Positions 38,055-53,000 of a DNA stretch of 64,000 bases are shown one piece after another. Both the position numbers and the translations under genes were made by a program. Below the pieces are notes generated by a model that ran no database searches, was not told the origin of the DNA, and was given only the letters and a program-made list of their open reading frames with translations. Origin of the DNA: Catajapyx aquilonaris. Taxonomy: Eukaryota. Numbering within the stretch: position 1 is the stretch's first letter; every line of letters begins with the position of its first letter. The DNA is taken from NCBI GenBank assembly GCA_000934665.2, contig KZ538369.1:1-64000 (forward strand), written 5' to 3'.

Positions 38055-41000
38055 GTAAGTACTCGCAATCAGAAATGTTCATACTTGCCGAGAGAAACCA
38101 CATAAGCACATATGGCCGCATTCAGAAACATCGTGTGGCACTGAAACAATAAAATTGTAATATTAGCAAAAATTTCTGAATATGATTCATCACTTTCAAC
38201 CCTCAAATATTAAATTTAAAATTAAAATAAAAACAGAAATTAAGGCCACCAGTTCTCTTATGGCCTTGACGCTTATTCTCGGAGTATAAGGACCTAAGAG
38301 AGGGAGAGGGTGAATAATTCTCTTGGGAAGTTTTTCCTCAGTGTTATTGCATGGTTAAGAGTGAGGAGAATGCTGCAGAATCCTTTTGTGAGGACCCAGA
38401 GCTCGTTCTAGTGTCGGCAAGTCCCTTCTCGTTCTCCAATTTGGCTTCATTTTAGTGGGGAGAAACTTTTATGGCCCGCTACAAGGGAGTCTAATAAGCA
38501 GAAGGGTCGAGTCCGAGTAGTTCTCTTCCAAATGCGAATTCCTTTGGCAGTAAGTGCAGCCATTCAGACTTACTATGCACAGGCGCCGAATATTGAATCC
38601 TGAATTTTAATAACGGCCCGGAAATAACGCCTCTGAATTGCGCGAGTGTGTACTAGAGACCTGGTCATACCGCAAGGACTCATTTGCTTATGATTCAATG
38701 TTTGCTGTGCAGTCCATGAGAATTGGAACGGCCGTGAAAATCAATTCTGTTCGAAATTAGAACGTTACAATCCATCTGTAATTGCATATTTTGTGACCAA
38801 CATACGAGTAACAGCCCATTTACACAATTCAAGAGTGGAAATGCCAAAGTCTGTAAGTGGCAAAAGTCTTGAAGGGAACTAATTGAGAGTATTTCAAGTG
38901 AAAGACCATGGGCATATACAGCCAGAGCGATCTGTGGGATACCTGTCAGTTCCAGTACCACATTTTTTTTGCACTTTGAGCCTCCTGCACGGGACCAGGG
39001 AGGGCAGATATAGCATTTTGCACACAGAATCTCAATTCATAGTTTTGTGGCACTTAGAGCCTTTGGCATTATTTTTCACTATTCAATTTTATCTGACTCT
39101 AAATAAAGGTTGACTACGTGAGGTTCCTTTTGTTGAACTTTGCACAAAAAAGCGCCTTCATCAGAACATATGTACAGAACCACATAACCCAAAATCGAAA
39201 GTTTCGTTTGGCACGTGGCCAGACCCCGTTCGGATAAAAATGTTTCCCCTCTCCTTCCCCTACCAACCTCCCTTCCTTCCCTCCCAAAAACCCTTCCACC
39301 AACAAACCCACCATCCAGTCCTGGTCACTGACTTCCTAGGGAGGGCCTGAATGTGAGAAGCCGCCCTTATTTTTTGGTGGCTACCAACTCTCCAGGCCTC
39401 CCTTGGTAAAAAGTTCTTGCGGCTGACACTCCACCCTCCTCTCCCCACTTCCCCTCCCCCCAAAAAACTGCACTGTAGGAACCCCCACCCCCACCCCTCC
39501 CCCAACCCTTCCCTCAATCCAGGCGGACGCACGCTTCACTTGAGCTTTGATTCAACCAGCGTCTCAATCCCATGAAAATGTTCTCCCCTCCTGTCACGTC
39601 GCAGTGCCTTTGAATGCACTCTTCTGCCGAAAAAAAAAATTGTAACCGGGAGAAGTGCAAAAAAAAAAAATTACAAAAAGGATTCTGAAATACATCTGGG
39701 TAAATATTGATTCTTGTCGGCGTTATATGCGTGCAGGGAGAGGGGTAAAAAAAAATATGGACGGAATGCCAACGGTTGCTGCTACATGGATTCTTTTTTC
39801 GATTCCAACGATCCGAAGGGTTCAAATTTATGCTGATCTGATTCGGCTGGAACTGTACAACTACCAGCTCGTTTTATCGGGGGTTGGTGTTGGTACATGG
39901 TGCCGTACATAGCGCGAACTTTGCCCGTCAGGGAAGATTATCGCTCATTAACGCCGTGACACGTGTAATCCCGGCACATACGCTGTCATTACAACAATAT
40001 GGCCGTTTTAATAAGCGTAATGGGAAACTGTGCGGTTAGGCCTATAATATGCGAATATTAATTGGGATGTTTTTCTCGCTTGCTATGTGGGGGGGGGGAG
40101 GCTATTGAAAGGAGGCTCTAGGAATAAATAACAGAAATATAGTCGGAATTATTTGAATGGTAAACGACGACTGCACGAAACTGTCAAAAAGACACTCAAA
40201 TCATTACTATGTTGCTAATAACTGTAATAACTGAATTTTTTGCTGAAATTATGACTTTCAGAGCTTCCATTGCACTTTAAAATTTGCAACACAATGTGGC
40301 ACGACAATCTGCCTGAACAGTATCAATACAGTGCTAAAAACGGTGCCAACTTCCTCCCATTAGATTCCCGCGTTTTGTTCAAAACGAGTGTCTCTTACCC
40401 CCTCTGATAATGGTAATTTATAGTCCATTTTCAGCCACCTCTTTCACTTCTCTCGCATAAAATTTTTTTTGCGGGGAGAGCAAAAAAAAAAAATGTCTTC
40501 TCAAATTTCCCCCTCCTCCCGCGCAATCTTCTTAAAATCCTCAACAAAACCTGTAAATTAGCACTTCCCTCCTGCGCACTAAACGTACCATTAGCAGTGA
40601 AAAAGGGTCTTCCTGGAAAGTCATATACCCTGACACCACTTTTCTGGGTGGCCGTAATTTTCCCAGGGTGAAATAATGCATTATCGCATTGCGACGAAAT
40701 CCATACAGTGTATATAGTACGCCTCTGCTGCCTCTCGGCCCTAGAGCTAGATTGCAATTTGTAAAACTGAAAGCCCTCCCTCCCATTATCCCAGCTGCTT
40801 CCAGGGACGGCCAAAGCCTATATCGATTTATTGACATCAGTCATACAAAATGAAACAAAATTATTCATTGACAGCAGTTTTACTGCTGGCATCCAATGAC
40901 GTCCCTGGCTACACTTTGGTCCCCCGCACGAAACGCGACGTCAGTTTTTTTAAACGAGGCCAATTTTTTTAAAGGGTATCAATATGGGATGCCTAATAGA

Positions 41001-44000
41001 ATTAGAATAAAAAACAATCACATTTTCCTATAAAAATGGTAGTCAGCGGTAGAGAAGAAACGAGTCGATAACATTAGCATCTAGATATAGGTACTCATGT
41101 AAGTCAGCATGTCAGAACATGCCACTTATCTAAAAATGAACTATCTGCCGCTATATATAAACTGTTCATGGGTCACCCAAATATTAAAGATTAACAAAGC
41201 AATAACCTCAATATTCAGTAGGTAATAGGTTTGAGGCTTGAACAATGTTCACTATAATCTATAACAGAATAATGAGACTGTGTTTAAAGGAAATAGATTA
41301 TTCATTGTAATAATGTACTACAAATATTAACTCTCTAAAGTATATTTCGAGTATCTTGTTTACTATTTCTCCACCTAGCATAGTAAACGTTGATAGCAAC
41401 ATGACAGTTTTCTTCCAACTGACTTCAAAATGCAACACTAAGGATACATTTTCGTCCATTTAATATTTTTCTGAAATTGGCTGAAAACCTGTTCAGTAAT
41501 TTACTCTGTTGGGAAGAAAGTTTCACTCAAAAGAAGTGGCTACTATTTCAAGTGTAGAAATACAGGGAGATGTACAGTAAAAACAAATTATAATACTTAA
41601 AACAACTGGTTTAACTTCTTATATCCAATGCAATCTCCGGCCAGGAGTAGTACCAAATATAAAACAATATATGGTACTGCAATACCATTTTCTCCAGCTA
41701 CACTTTCCCCACATCCAATTCAACGTCAGGTTTTAAAACGAGGCCGAATTTGAAACTAAAAAAGAGAAGAAAACGTTAACGTGGCATACTTAACAAAAAT
41801 AGACTATGCTAAAAAGGAACTACCGCCGTCACTTTTGGGCTACTAACAAGTTCCTTTTGATTGTACACGTCCCTCCATCATTTTATTTACCATCCCTCTT
41901 ATTACCCATGACCGTGGAAGGCTCCTGGATGCTCGTAAAAAATAAATTGCACAATGCAGGGAGGCATTTCCCTCCCCCCCCTCCCTCCCTCCCTCCCTCC
42001 CCTCCTTCTAAAGCCAGCTTCCACGTTCCTAGCGCCGTATCTTCTGCAGACTTGCTCAAATGCTTCGTCTTTTGACGAAGGGAAACGAGCGGCGCAGTCT
42101 TTCTCTCTGCAGGGAAGCCCACCCAGCCTTCTCCTTCTCGAAATTCGATCACAAAAGGGCATCTTATAACTTCATAACCGGTGGATCTGTTTAGCGGTAC
42201 TTTTTACGAGTTTCCGATATTTAATTTGGCCGGATGGAGCCCAGCCCTGCCTGTATGGGAATCAGCAGCAGCAAATTGGATCTTGCCAGCTAGGATTTCA
42301 GAATTTCTTTCTATTTGCACACTATACTCTTTCTCTTCTTTTTTTTCTGTTCAGACGGATTGGAATATTTCTGAGGCGGTTTGCGCAATGAGAAGAAGCA
42401 TTTCACTCATTCAAGTCTGCCAATTTGGCAATGCACCGACGATGCGTGTGTGCATGTGTTCATCCATAGATTTGCTCTGGGGGAGATGTGGGCGTTAAAG
42501 TGCAGGCCTGTGCAAACCTCGAACTCAATGCATCATGAACCCCCAAAGCACAAGCTTGGTTGGATGTCAAAAAGTAACGCGGTTGTGTGGGTGATGGCGG
42601 ACGATATCTGTGACATTATTGGAACCCAATTCCGGGCAACAGAGCTGCTCCTGAATGTGCGTGTAAAGCTCATTAGCTGGGTCCACCATGCAGCCGTAAC
42701 CCTCCCCCCCAAAAAACCTACACTCTTCCGACAAAATGTGAATGGAAGCTGCGGGGGAATTATTGCCACGTCACTGATACCTTCCGGCCCTGCACTTTGT
42801 ACAGTACTACTCGTTAGAACCGCCTCTGGGTAACAACCCCGCACTCTTTTTTTTGTAGCAAACCCGTGTTACAAGCCCACACTCCGTTTGAAAAACAATT
42901 TTATACGTTAAATCCCATAATGTTTGCACCCTTATGCTGGTGTTATTCCCACAACTTCCCACCCTTCCGAAATAACGTCAAAGTTTCCAAACTGTGAGTT
43001 TCCTATTAGAAGCACGCTTTGCTTGTTGGACTGCAAACCCTCTCCCATCTCACCCTTACCCAGCCTTTCCATTATTGTTCTGCCAATCCCAAGCAGCAGC
43101 AGCAGCAACAACAACAGTACAGGTCCGAGTTATTCCCGGCACGTAATGGCCATTACCGAAAAGGCCCGAGCGGCGCGACATTCTAGTCTAGTTCCCGTCA
43201 AGCAGTTGAATTCCTCGCGGAATATGCGCTCAAGTGGCATAAACAACATCGAAATTGGTTCCTGCCTAAAGCAAGTTTCCCCCATCATATTCTCTCCCGT
43301 CAACACGTAGCATCCTGAATATAACCGGATTCTAAAACTGGAACTCTGAAAGACAAAGGTGTAGCAAAAGGGGTGACCATTCCTGCCTAAAATAAAGTGA
43401 GAATTTACTATGAAATTACGAATTTCTCACAAAAATTGGGCTTGTTGATTTTCCGACTATCTTCATACGTAATATTGCATTTTTCCCTATACAGCTTCAG
43501 GGCTTTCTCTATACAATTTAGCGATAACTTCGTGTCTACACATGTCCGAGCAAGTTGTTCTGATAGATTGGCATGTTCTGATCCGACCAGAACTCGTTCC
43601 CAGTATATCGGGCTCTCTTTTCCATCAATTACACCCGCCGGGAAGAAAGAATATGGCTTTTTCCATTCACGAAGTTACTCCTTTTTCTCCTCTCTCTATA
43701 CCTTCCCCTTTATTATCTTATCAAGTCGGGAGGGGGCGCGATCCACCCTGGCTGCTTTTCGTTTTAAAGGAGAAAAAAAAAAGGAAAAGGAAGGGACGGG
43801 GGAAAAAACGTTATTGGCAATCAATCAACCTCAATATGCCATAAAACGCAACGCATAAATAATGCATGAAATTGAGGAATGAGGTCGCAGATACGGAGAG
43901 GTCATGCCTGTGGTCTGGAGAACTAAAAAAAAAAGAACCGGTTTTGTGTTTTACGAGTCGGAGATGGGCAATGGACACAAAACGCAATGTGAGCCAGAAG

Positions 44001-47000
44001 CTTCGGCGAGAGGTCTTCTCACCTGGATGCGATCGAGTGAGTCCGCAGCTGGAATTAGTTTTTCTTGACCGAGCTCCAAGTTGGTCCTGATCAGAGTCCA
44101 CTTGGGCTAATCAATGGTCAGCATTACGAGTATCGATCTCTAGGACTATCAGAGAAAGCGAAGGCGTGAAGAATCCATTAAAGCTCGGCGTCTCCTCTCT
44201 TCTTTTTTTTTTTTACACTAAGCCTCCATCAGGCTGATTAAAAAGTTTGAACCGTGTCATTTCACCCAAAATATTGATCTGCCAGGCAGCCATTTTTCCA
44301 GTGACGTAGCATTAAATATTGAGCCCCAATAATCGGATTACTTGTGCCTTTTATGCGCATCTTACTCCCAGGCACCAACAAGAAAGAAGGAAAAAAAGAA
44401 GACGGGGGGATTGCATTAGGTTATTAAATCTGACTGAAAGAGCTTGTCCCGAAATGTGGGCTTGAATTTCGATTTTTTTTTTGGTGCTCAATCCGGTTCC
44501 GGATCGTAAATCTAACCTCAATTGAAAGTCATTAAGGCGCCTCGGAAGCCTCGAAACTTACGTGACACGTCCCCCGCCTCCAAACGAGCTCGGGAGATGA
44601 CACAAGTGTTTTGGGCGTGACACACTGAAGTTCCAACCGGTGAGAAATACTTTGCGTGACCACAAGTTTCTCCTGTGGACTGGCCTCAGTTTGGCTCAAG
44701 TTTCAGGCAACTATGCTGGGAATGCTACCTATCCCTCTGTGGGGATTTTCCTCTTCCTACCTTGGTTTTACCCCCAGAGAGATATTTCCCTGCCAGCTCT
44801 CTCACTCTACAGAGAGGGTCTGGGTTTAAATATCAGGTGCCAGAGAGACTCTAATTTCAAGTGACAAAATGGGGTTTTGTGCAGTTGACACGTGCGAATG
44901 GCATAATGCGAATTGCTCGCGCTCTCTCTCTCTCTCTAACTGGGTCGATTCAGATGTTTGCATGTTTCTGTTTGCTGTTTGCCATCAAAAAGAGCATTTT
45001 TAAACATTTCGGAAAAATAACAAGCTCGTTTGTAAATCAATGCGCTGGCTGAAATGCTGCATTGTTTGATTTTTTTTTGTCCGCTAATTTTTAGTATGGG
45101 CCTATTATTGATTCGAGCGATACTAGCATTTGTTTAATGTACTGTACATCGAGGAATTGCAGGGAATAAAGAAGAAACAAAGGGTATTTGAACACCAATC
45201 TTGTTATACGCAGTGAGCATTGACTAAAACCAACTACTCACAAAGTAATGTCATAATTATGATATACATGGCCGCATTTCCCGTCAAAATCAGCAATTTG
45301 GCCTTACATTTTTGTGAGTTCAGCTCATTGTTTTCAAGTACTACACTGTTATGACACGAAATATCACATTATTCTGAATGAGGATAACTTGATGTTATGC
45401 ATTTAACAAACCGTGGCGGATTTCCAGCAATTTTTACATGGCAGTGTCCTAATTGGTTTAAATGCCACAGCAGTTTTTTTTCCTCACAACTGAATAAGTC
45501 ACAAAATTTCGCGAAGGTAAATCCGAAAACAATTATTAGCACTGGTGCAGTTCATTGTTAATTCTGAGGGAGGAACCAATGCCAAAATCCCAGTGCTCAT
45601 AAAGATAAAAAAATCACAGCTCAAGCGCAGTTCAATGTTTGAGGGTGGAAATATCACTTTGCAACAGGCTGAGAGTAAATTTCGTGGTTACTGTCCATCC
45701 CTTTCCGCTTGCCCGGCCCTCCAGATCAAATTTCGGGCAAAGCTCATTTGCGAACCCCCTCGTATGGCCCCCAATTATTGTGCACATTAATTTCAGATTT
45801 TCGGTGCGGGAACTGCGCGGCGCTGATCATTCCGCTTTAAAAATCCGGTGCATGATTGAAGAAAATATCATTCAAGCGAGGCTTTTGCTTCCATTTAACT
45901 ACCCGGAAAAAAAATTCGGCGAGGCTACAAAATTCGCTAAAATGTCCGCCACAACGTATGAAAGAAGCTACGTATACATTGGGACATTGCTTATGGCTGA
46001 AAATAATAATAATAAAAGAGACGAAATACCGTCTGGCGGTATAGTAAAGAATATTGCCAAGCAGCTGGCGGAAAAAATTAAGACATCAAGGAATGCAAAT
46101 TTCAAAGGCCGATTAAAAAACGTAAATGCCATTCATAAGGAGTCTTTCTTTTCTCCGGAGTCTTCGAGGCAAGAAACGCAAGTAAAAATTCCGCGGGTCT
46201 CGATCCCGCGGCTTTTATTTCTCTCCTGAGGAAAAGGATTGCGTTATTGGAGTTTTTTTTTTCCCCCTGCGCCCACGGAAGACGTCGCAACCACAATGGC
46301 TCCCTCTGGTACACCTCGCAAACTGGATTATCTCCGCACCAACAGCTGATCCTTAACGCTCCACCGCCCTTTTTTCCCTATATACTATATACAACACCAG
46401 GGGCCGCCTCTTGGTACTCGATTCACTTTGTTTTCTTATCTTGAAACCAGATACTGCCTATTGGTTTGCAAACGCTTGGGATGCTTCAGCTCATCCAAGA
46501 AGCAAAACACGACGCCACTATGTTGGTGCAAAAAATTTCGCGACATAGTTGTCCAAGAAGTGAGGATCGTATGGACACTAGAAAATTGCGTCTCAAGTGT
46601 TGGTTGGAGAAAAACTAAATATTTTGAACTGCTGTTATATACAATTCAGTCTGCACTCCGTTGTTCAAAGAATGAGTGTGCCACACGTGCTTGTTCTCAT
46701 GCGACGTCAATTTTTAGTAGAAGAGGTTAAGGCAGTGTGGGCCGCACAGCCAAAAATCACTGCCAATAGACACAAAAGTCCCAATAAGAGAGAAGCCGAG
46801 GCGAAATGTGGCGTGCCTCACGTAACAGTCGAGCATCACATGTCTGGGATATTTCGTCCCGATTTTTACGACTGCTCGGGAATTCGATTTCAAGTCCCCC
46901 CTTTTTTTACTAAGGTAAATATAGGTTTGGGTAATTCGTCGCGATAACAGCTATGAAGAGATCACGCTAGCCTCTCGGGTGTCGATACATCACGCCATTA

Positions 47001-50000
47001 TTGGAAAAAGCTCAATTCTCCGACGGATTTACCGTTTCCTCTTTTTTTTATGTCGATACACCAATGCTGGTCTATCCGACCCATGTAACTGTATGGGATT
47101 ATAACGGCTTCGAAGGGCGGAAAAAAATACTGCAGTTCTGATCCTCTTCGATGTATTGTTTTAAAACCTGCTGCTAGAGGAAATCATTACTCACGTGGTG
47201 AATTATCCTATAGAAAATATTGCGCATGGAGCGAGAGAAAAATTGAGCGCATTTTTTCTTGGATTGAGATCCCTTGTGAGAAAATTTCTCCATCTGATTA
47301 CCAATTTTGGTTTAATTACGTAAATATTTTTATGTCAATAGTGCAAATCCTGTGGGCTATGCTACCCTCCAACCACCCTTATTGCTAGTCTGGCCATATA
47401 ACCAACAGGATGATAATATTATTTTCTAAGGTGCCACATTCAAATTTTTGAACATTTATTATTACCTCAATATGCATGGCAACCATCTCATTTGTTTCCT
47501 ATTGGACTTATTGTCTCCGTCGGATGTTGTCCGATAGTATCACTATCTCTAGCACGACCTAAGAGTTGCAGGTGTGTACAGAGGGAGTGTGCGCCATCTA
47601 TTCGTGGAGAATAGTACTCCGTGGTAAATCGGCGGGCCATCCCAGTTGTTTGATTGTCACTGTCATACTGATTGATAGGTTTTGACATTTGCCAATGGGT
47701 TCACTAGTACAGAGATATTCTACAGTATACATCCAAGTGAATCGGAACTTTCTGAAAATATCTTCCCAGTATTTTCCAGGAGGATAAAGTACATTAGAAG
47801 GCATCTCCAGGGGGAATGCAAGTGTGTACATTTACTCGGATTGATTTCCCTATCGGCCTGCGCAGATTCCAAGGCGCGTTGGAAGCTAAAATTCGGGGCT
47901 GTATATTCAAAACACTTTGGGGTGGAGTCTAAATTGCCTAGCCCCCCACCCTACACTTGATTACCAAGGGATGAGTGGAGAATCGCACCACAAGCACGTA
48001 TTTAATTTGACTCTTAGCGTCCAATCTTGACTTTTGGAGCAGAGAAGAGTAGGGGAGGGATGATATTCCCCTTCCAAATTCCTCCTTAACTTCCATGGTA
48101 CGAGCCCATTCACCTTCTCGGTTTTCTCATTAGCCCCATACGGAGTAAGTAGTGAAAATCTCAGCATCCCAACGTGTATATATAGGTGTGGGTGAAGATG
48201 AGCCTACTTTTCATACTGCCCCGAGGCCTGATATTTATGAGACCACATCGAATCAGGCCCTACAAATCAGACTGTCCTCTGGGGAGATTGGACTCCGTGC
48301 ATGTTTACGGCACGAAAATTTTCACCAGCAACGCCCTTTTCATCTACCAAATGAGTTTTACTCTTAATCTGCTTATCAACGTTTCGTTTCCCCCTTGCAA
48401 TTTTTTTTTATCCAAAAGACCCCTCCTGTGCGGAAGGTTTCTAATTAATTACGCATGTGTTTTTCTGTTGGAAACTAGCTGTTGTAGGGGAGGCCTAAAA
48501 AGGCGACGATTGTTTATCACTTTGTTTCGAAAACGCCATGTTCCTCACGGATCGGGACATTTTCATGCTTTTGTGGCCAAAACAATTACGGGGCGCAGTG
48601 CAAATAATTAACTACAAATTTGGTAACAAATGTAGTGCGCGCGACAGAGCAACAAGCACTAATCACAACATCAATGGTTTACACTGGATTTAACTATTAA
48701 GATACATTGGGCTTTACTATATGTTGTGAAGGCGTGTTATTGAGTTTATTGTTGCGGTGTGGAAGAGGGCACAACTGCATGCTGGTTACAGTAAATGCAA
48801 CGCAACTTGGAAAGCACAGGCGCAGATGGTAATGGCATCGGATTAATATCAACTTTGTTCGTGGCAAGCCGCAACCTCAAAATGCAGCATGTTTGTAATG
48901 TGTAGTTAAATTACAATTTTGACTAAAAACCGCTAAATAGGATGCAAAAACTATAATTCCATTACTACTGTATTAGAGAGCAGAGACCATTATAGGTACT
49001 GATAATAATTACTGGACAAACTCCATGTGTGGGACACAGTTTTTCCAATAATTCCGTCCAAGAGAAGGCAGAACATGACCTAATTAGCCATGAAATTTTT
49101 CTGATGCACATCCCTTTGAAAAATGTCATAATTCAAGCATCCAAAAAGCCATCGTTGGCTCACTTGAAAGCCAACAAACACGACCCAGCAAATGATCTCA
49201 ATTATAGTGTGAGACCACTTGGACCAACTTGCATCAGATTTCCAGGCTTTCCCTCCCAGAATATACCCCTCTTCCCATCCATTAGGAAGCCCCAAAATGA
49301 TGCTTTCCTGGCCGTTTTAATAGCATCCAGCAAAACCACGAGCTTATAGTGAAGGGGGGCGGTTAATTTTTGGAAATACTTCGGGGGGCCCTGCAAAATA
49401 GAGCGTGGCTACCTCTACTCCTCGCCGATTGCTGCTCTGTACAGCAGCAGAGGAACTCCGCGTTCCCATGGATGTTGATAATTTGGCACTTTCCGCTCCA
49501 CCAGTCCCTATCTGAAAGCCACAGGCAAAAGCCTCCCCTCCTCCCTACTCCCCACCAACTCTTTTTTATATATATACGAAAACTCCTCCTCCGGCTCCCG
49601 GAGGAATTTTAGGCTTGCTGATGAAAGCAGCTCTCCTTTCTCTGACCTCCAGATAGCATCATCTGTCATCCGTAAATGGAGGAGCCAAATTAAATGATGA
49701 AACTGGGAATTCGTTCCCATCCAACCCACCACCACCACTACCAGACATTACCCCAGCCAAACCCCTACCCAACGAAGCTTTACCCACATTCCGGGCCAAA
49801 TCCGCCCTCATCAACTTTGTATCGCGTCGAATTATTTTAGAGGCAGGAACCGAAGCCCTACCAATAACCCCACTGCTGAACTAAATGAGAATACCGGGAT
49901 TTTCCGTAATTACGATCCTCCAGGGCTTTAAATGCGACTGGTCAATATAATATACGCACCAAAAGCACGTAAGCTTAAAACCCTCCCTTTGGAACCATTT

Positions 50001-53000
50001 TTGCAAAACCTGTATCAATGCCTGAAATCTCTAGGGCCTTTGGGTGCCCTGATTTTTTGGGGGTTTAAAAAAAAAAAGTGGGGCTGCTATTTTTCTAGGG
50101 CTGCACACCCCTCCCTTTTTCTCCAGGCTCCCATCTAACTTCTCCAGCCGCCTTTCCTTCGTCTAAATCCCTTTCTCCCGGTAATGAATGGAGACAGGAA
50201 ATGAATTGAAAATTTCGGAGCGTAAGGAAGTTCATGATGTGGAAACTTGCATATGACCTATATCACTTCTTTATTACATTTTTTATGCAATCGGATAAGA
50301 AAAAAAGGGAATCCTCTGTCCATGATATAATGATGCAATTTATTTCGGAAAGATAGGTGCTATCTACGCTGAGGAAAATACAAGGATGAATTCAGAGAGG
50401 TATAGCTTAAAAGGGCAGATTAAAATCGTGTGATGACACGTCACATTTAAAACACCTGCTAATACGATTAAGTAACATAACAGGATTTTAAACGGGCTCC
50501 TTCAGTTGCACAACAGTTCTGAATTCATCCCTTGATGTTTAAAAATGATCACGCGATTTTAAGCAGCGTAAGTCAAAGTAATTTTGCACAAACTGTCGCC
50601 GAATCAGGTCAAAAAAAAGTAATCACCTTATAACTTCCGACAACAGCTAATCTACTTAATATGGCCCCACGATTCATGAAAATCAAATTCGCCACCAAAA
50701 TGGCCGCGATTTACCTTCATTAGCAGGGTGGGGGTAGGTCGAAAGCACAATATTTAGTGCAAACTTGCTAGGAACAATTTAAGCTCCCTTGCAATTGGGA
50801 TTTCCGTCATTAGTCCCTGATTAACATTTGCGCTCAAGAGCAGGCCCCATCATATTTTGCTCTCAAATACAATCCCCCCCCCCACAACTTCAGATAGTCA
50901 ACAAAACCGTGCATGCAGGAATAATCATTGACGCAAACACAGTGTACTTGTTAGGTTAAAAAAGTATAACGCACTCAACACCTATGCATTAGGACGGATA
51001 AACAACAACATTATCAAATTACATGTTACACAGTCATAATATATGGGCAATCAGACGCAGAGATTATTGAGAGTGTATCTTGCATACAATCTTGCGTCTT
51101 GCATTTTTATTGTAAAAAAATCGTAAGAAAAAAGAAAGTGTGAGGCGCTCATATTTTTTTCTCCGGTGTCCCGACTCAGGCGAAAGCGTTGATACACTGT
51201 GTGCAGATCAAATATGCTGGTTTATAGGTCTCGCGTTACCCAGTTTTCAAATTGCGTTGCCGCATGCGGTATCTGCTGCGCTTTAGAGTCTGCTCAGTGT
51301 CTCAAATGAAGCCGCTCCAGTTTCAGACGAAGTTGCTGACCGTGGGTTAGGTCTGGGCGTGGTAATTATTTAGCTAATGAAGCAGACACGAATTCCATAG
51401 CATCAGGGTAATGCTTACTAAGCAAACACGACGAAGGATTTACGTACCGCCCGTGGAATATAAATTGCGGTCCCCATAATCCCGCGGCCAAGATATTAAT
51501 TGTCTGGCGTCGCTTCTATAAGGAGGAAATAAAATTTCTAGCGGAGCTTGGAAATTACCACCTAAAAACTGACGATATAAAATTTACACTCGGTGTTGTC
51601 TCTTCAAATCAGATGCGGTGGTCATGCAGGAATGAATTGCACGATTCTAACTGGCTTTTGTGTCACGCCTGTTATCTAAAACGGTTCTGACATATCCATC
51701 ATGCAAATTAAAAATACGTCCACCCCGGATTATGAATCGGAGATTAGTCCTTAATTTGATTGTTAGAGGAAGCTATCAATAATTTTTGTTATTTCGATTC
51801 ATTGTGCATGCTACATTATGCTATATTATAGAATTGATTTTTCTATGCGTTTATTTAATGGAAATTGTTCGCAATTACGTACCATATATTAGATGAAAAG
51901 AGAATCCCAGTTTTTCAATATCTGTTCTCTGAATTGTGAAATAATACAGGCAAGAATACAGGCCTATTTAAAAATTGATGTTCACTCTATATCGTATAAT
52001 ACAGTATTGTTAGGAACTACTTAAACAAGAAATAATTATCGAGGCACAGTGCAAAATCAATCCTGCTCAACCTTCTGAGTCAATCCATTATTAAGTCATT
52101 ATGAATGGAATGTTTCTTAAATCATCGGTAATATTTCTGTAAGATTTGAAATGTTGACGTTGAAGTAAAATAATGTCAACTAATAGAAATGGATTTCACT
52201 TCAAATAGATTGAGCGACAAACCATTAATAATAATTTAGAGAGTAATAATTACATTGTTGTGGCAGATCCAGCTCCTCCAGCTCTGATGTGCTAGAAAAC
52301 TGTTTCCATGCCTTTACTCATTTTCCAAGTTGTCGAAAAACTCATTCTTATTATATCCCACCCTTCTTGCAAAAATGCAATAACCAAAGCCTGATTAACA
52401 ACACGAAAGTGATGTAAGTTACTGTACTGTACAATCCGTCTCAAAGCAGGCCTGATTACTATTGGAAGCTAGCGCGTGGGCATATTTCCTTTCAAAGTTT
52501 AAATCTAATCTGCTTAAGGCTAGGAGCAGAAATTAACTGAAGTGAGAAATACTTCAGCAGGGGAAACTCGGCTTTTGATTTGCAAGGCAGCACTTCACAA
52601 CTCAACTCCAATATTTTTTTAAAATATATATAGGAGGAAAGGGAGGCAAAAGCGACAGAGTCATCAGGGCGTAAAAAAAAAAGAGAACGCAGGGACAATA
52701 AAGTGTCGGACTGCTTGCTCGCAGATTACGATCATTAAACACGTTTTGTTGCGTCGACCAAAAGCTTCATCCTCGACCTGGCGTCATTAAAGCCGCCGAC
52801 GTGCTGCAATTCCGTCCCTCCATGGGTTTGGAGGGGGTTTGTTTCCCTCCCCACCTCCCAGCACCCCTACCCCCAACTCCAGTCCAAATTAATCTTCTCC
52901 TCTACTCATTAGCGCCCACGATTCTTAAGCACTGATTCTGAAGAATTAATTCCAACCGCAAGGTAGACTTTTCCTAGCAGTTGCACAAAAAAAAATCTCG

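Noticed and set aside
43368..43400. GGGTGACCA, resembling a hAT (Blackjack-type) terminus
   Set aside because: No matching inverted terminus or TSD found nearby.
45639..46229. Longest ORF in the track (196 aa)
   Set aside because: No recognisable domain or motif, non-ATG start, and intronic position. Consistent with a chance ORF.
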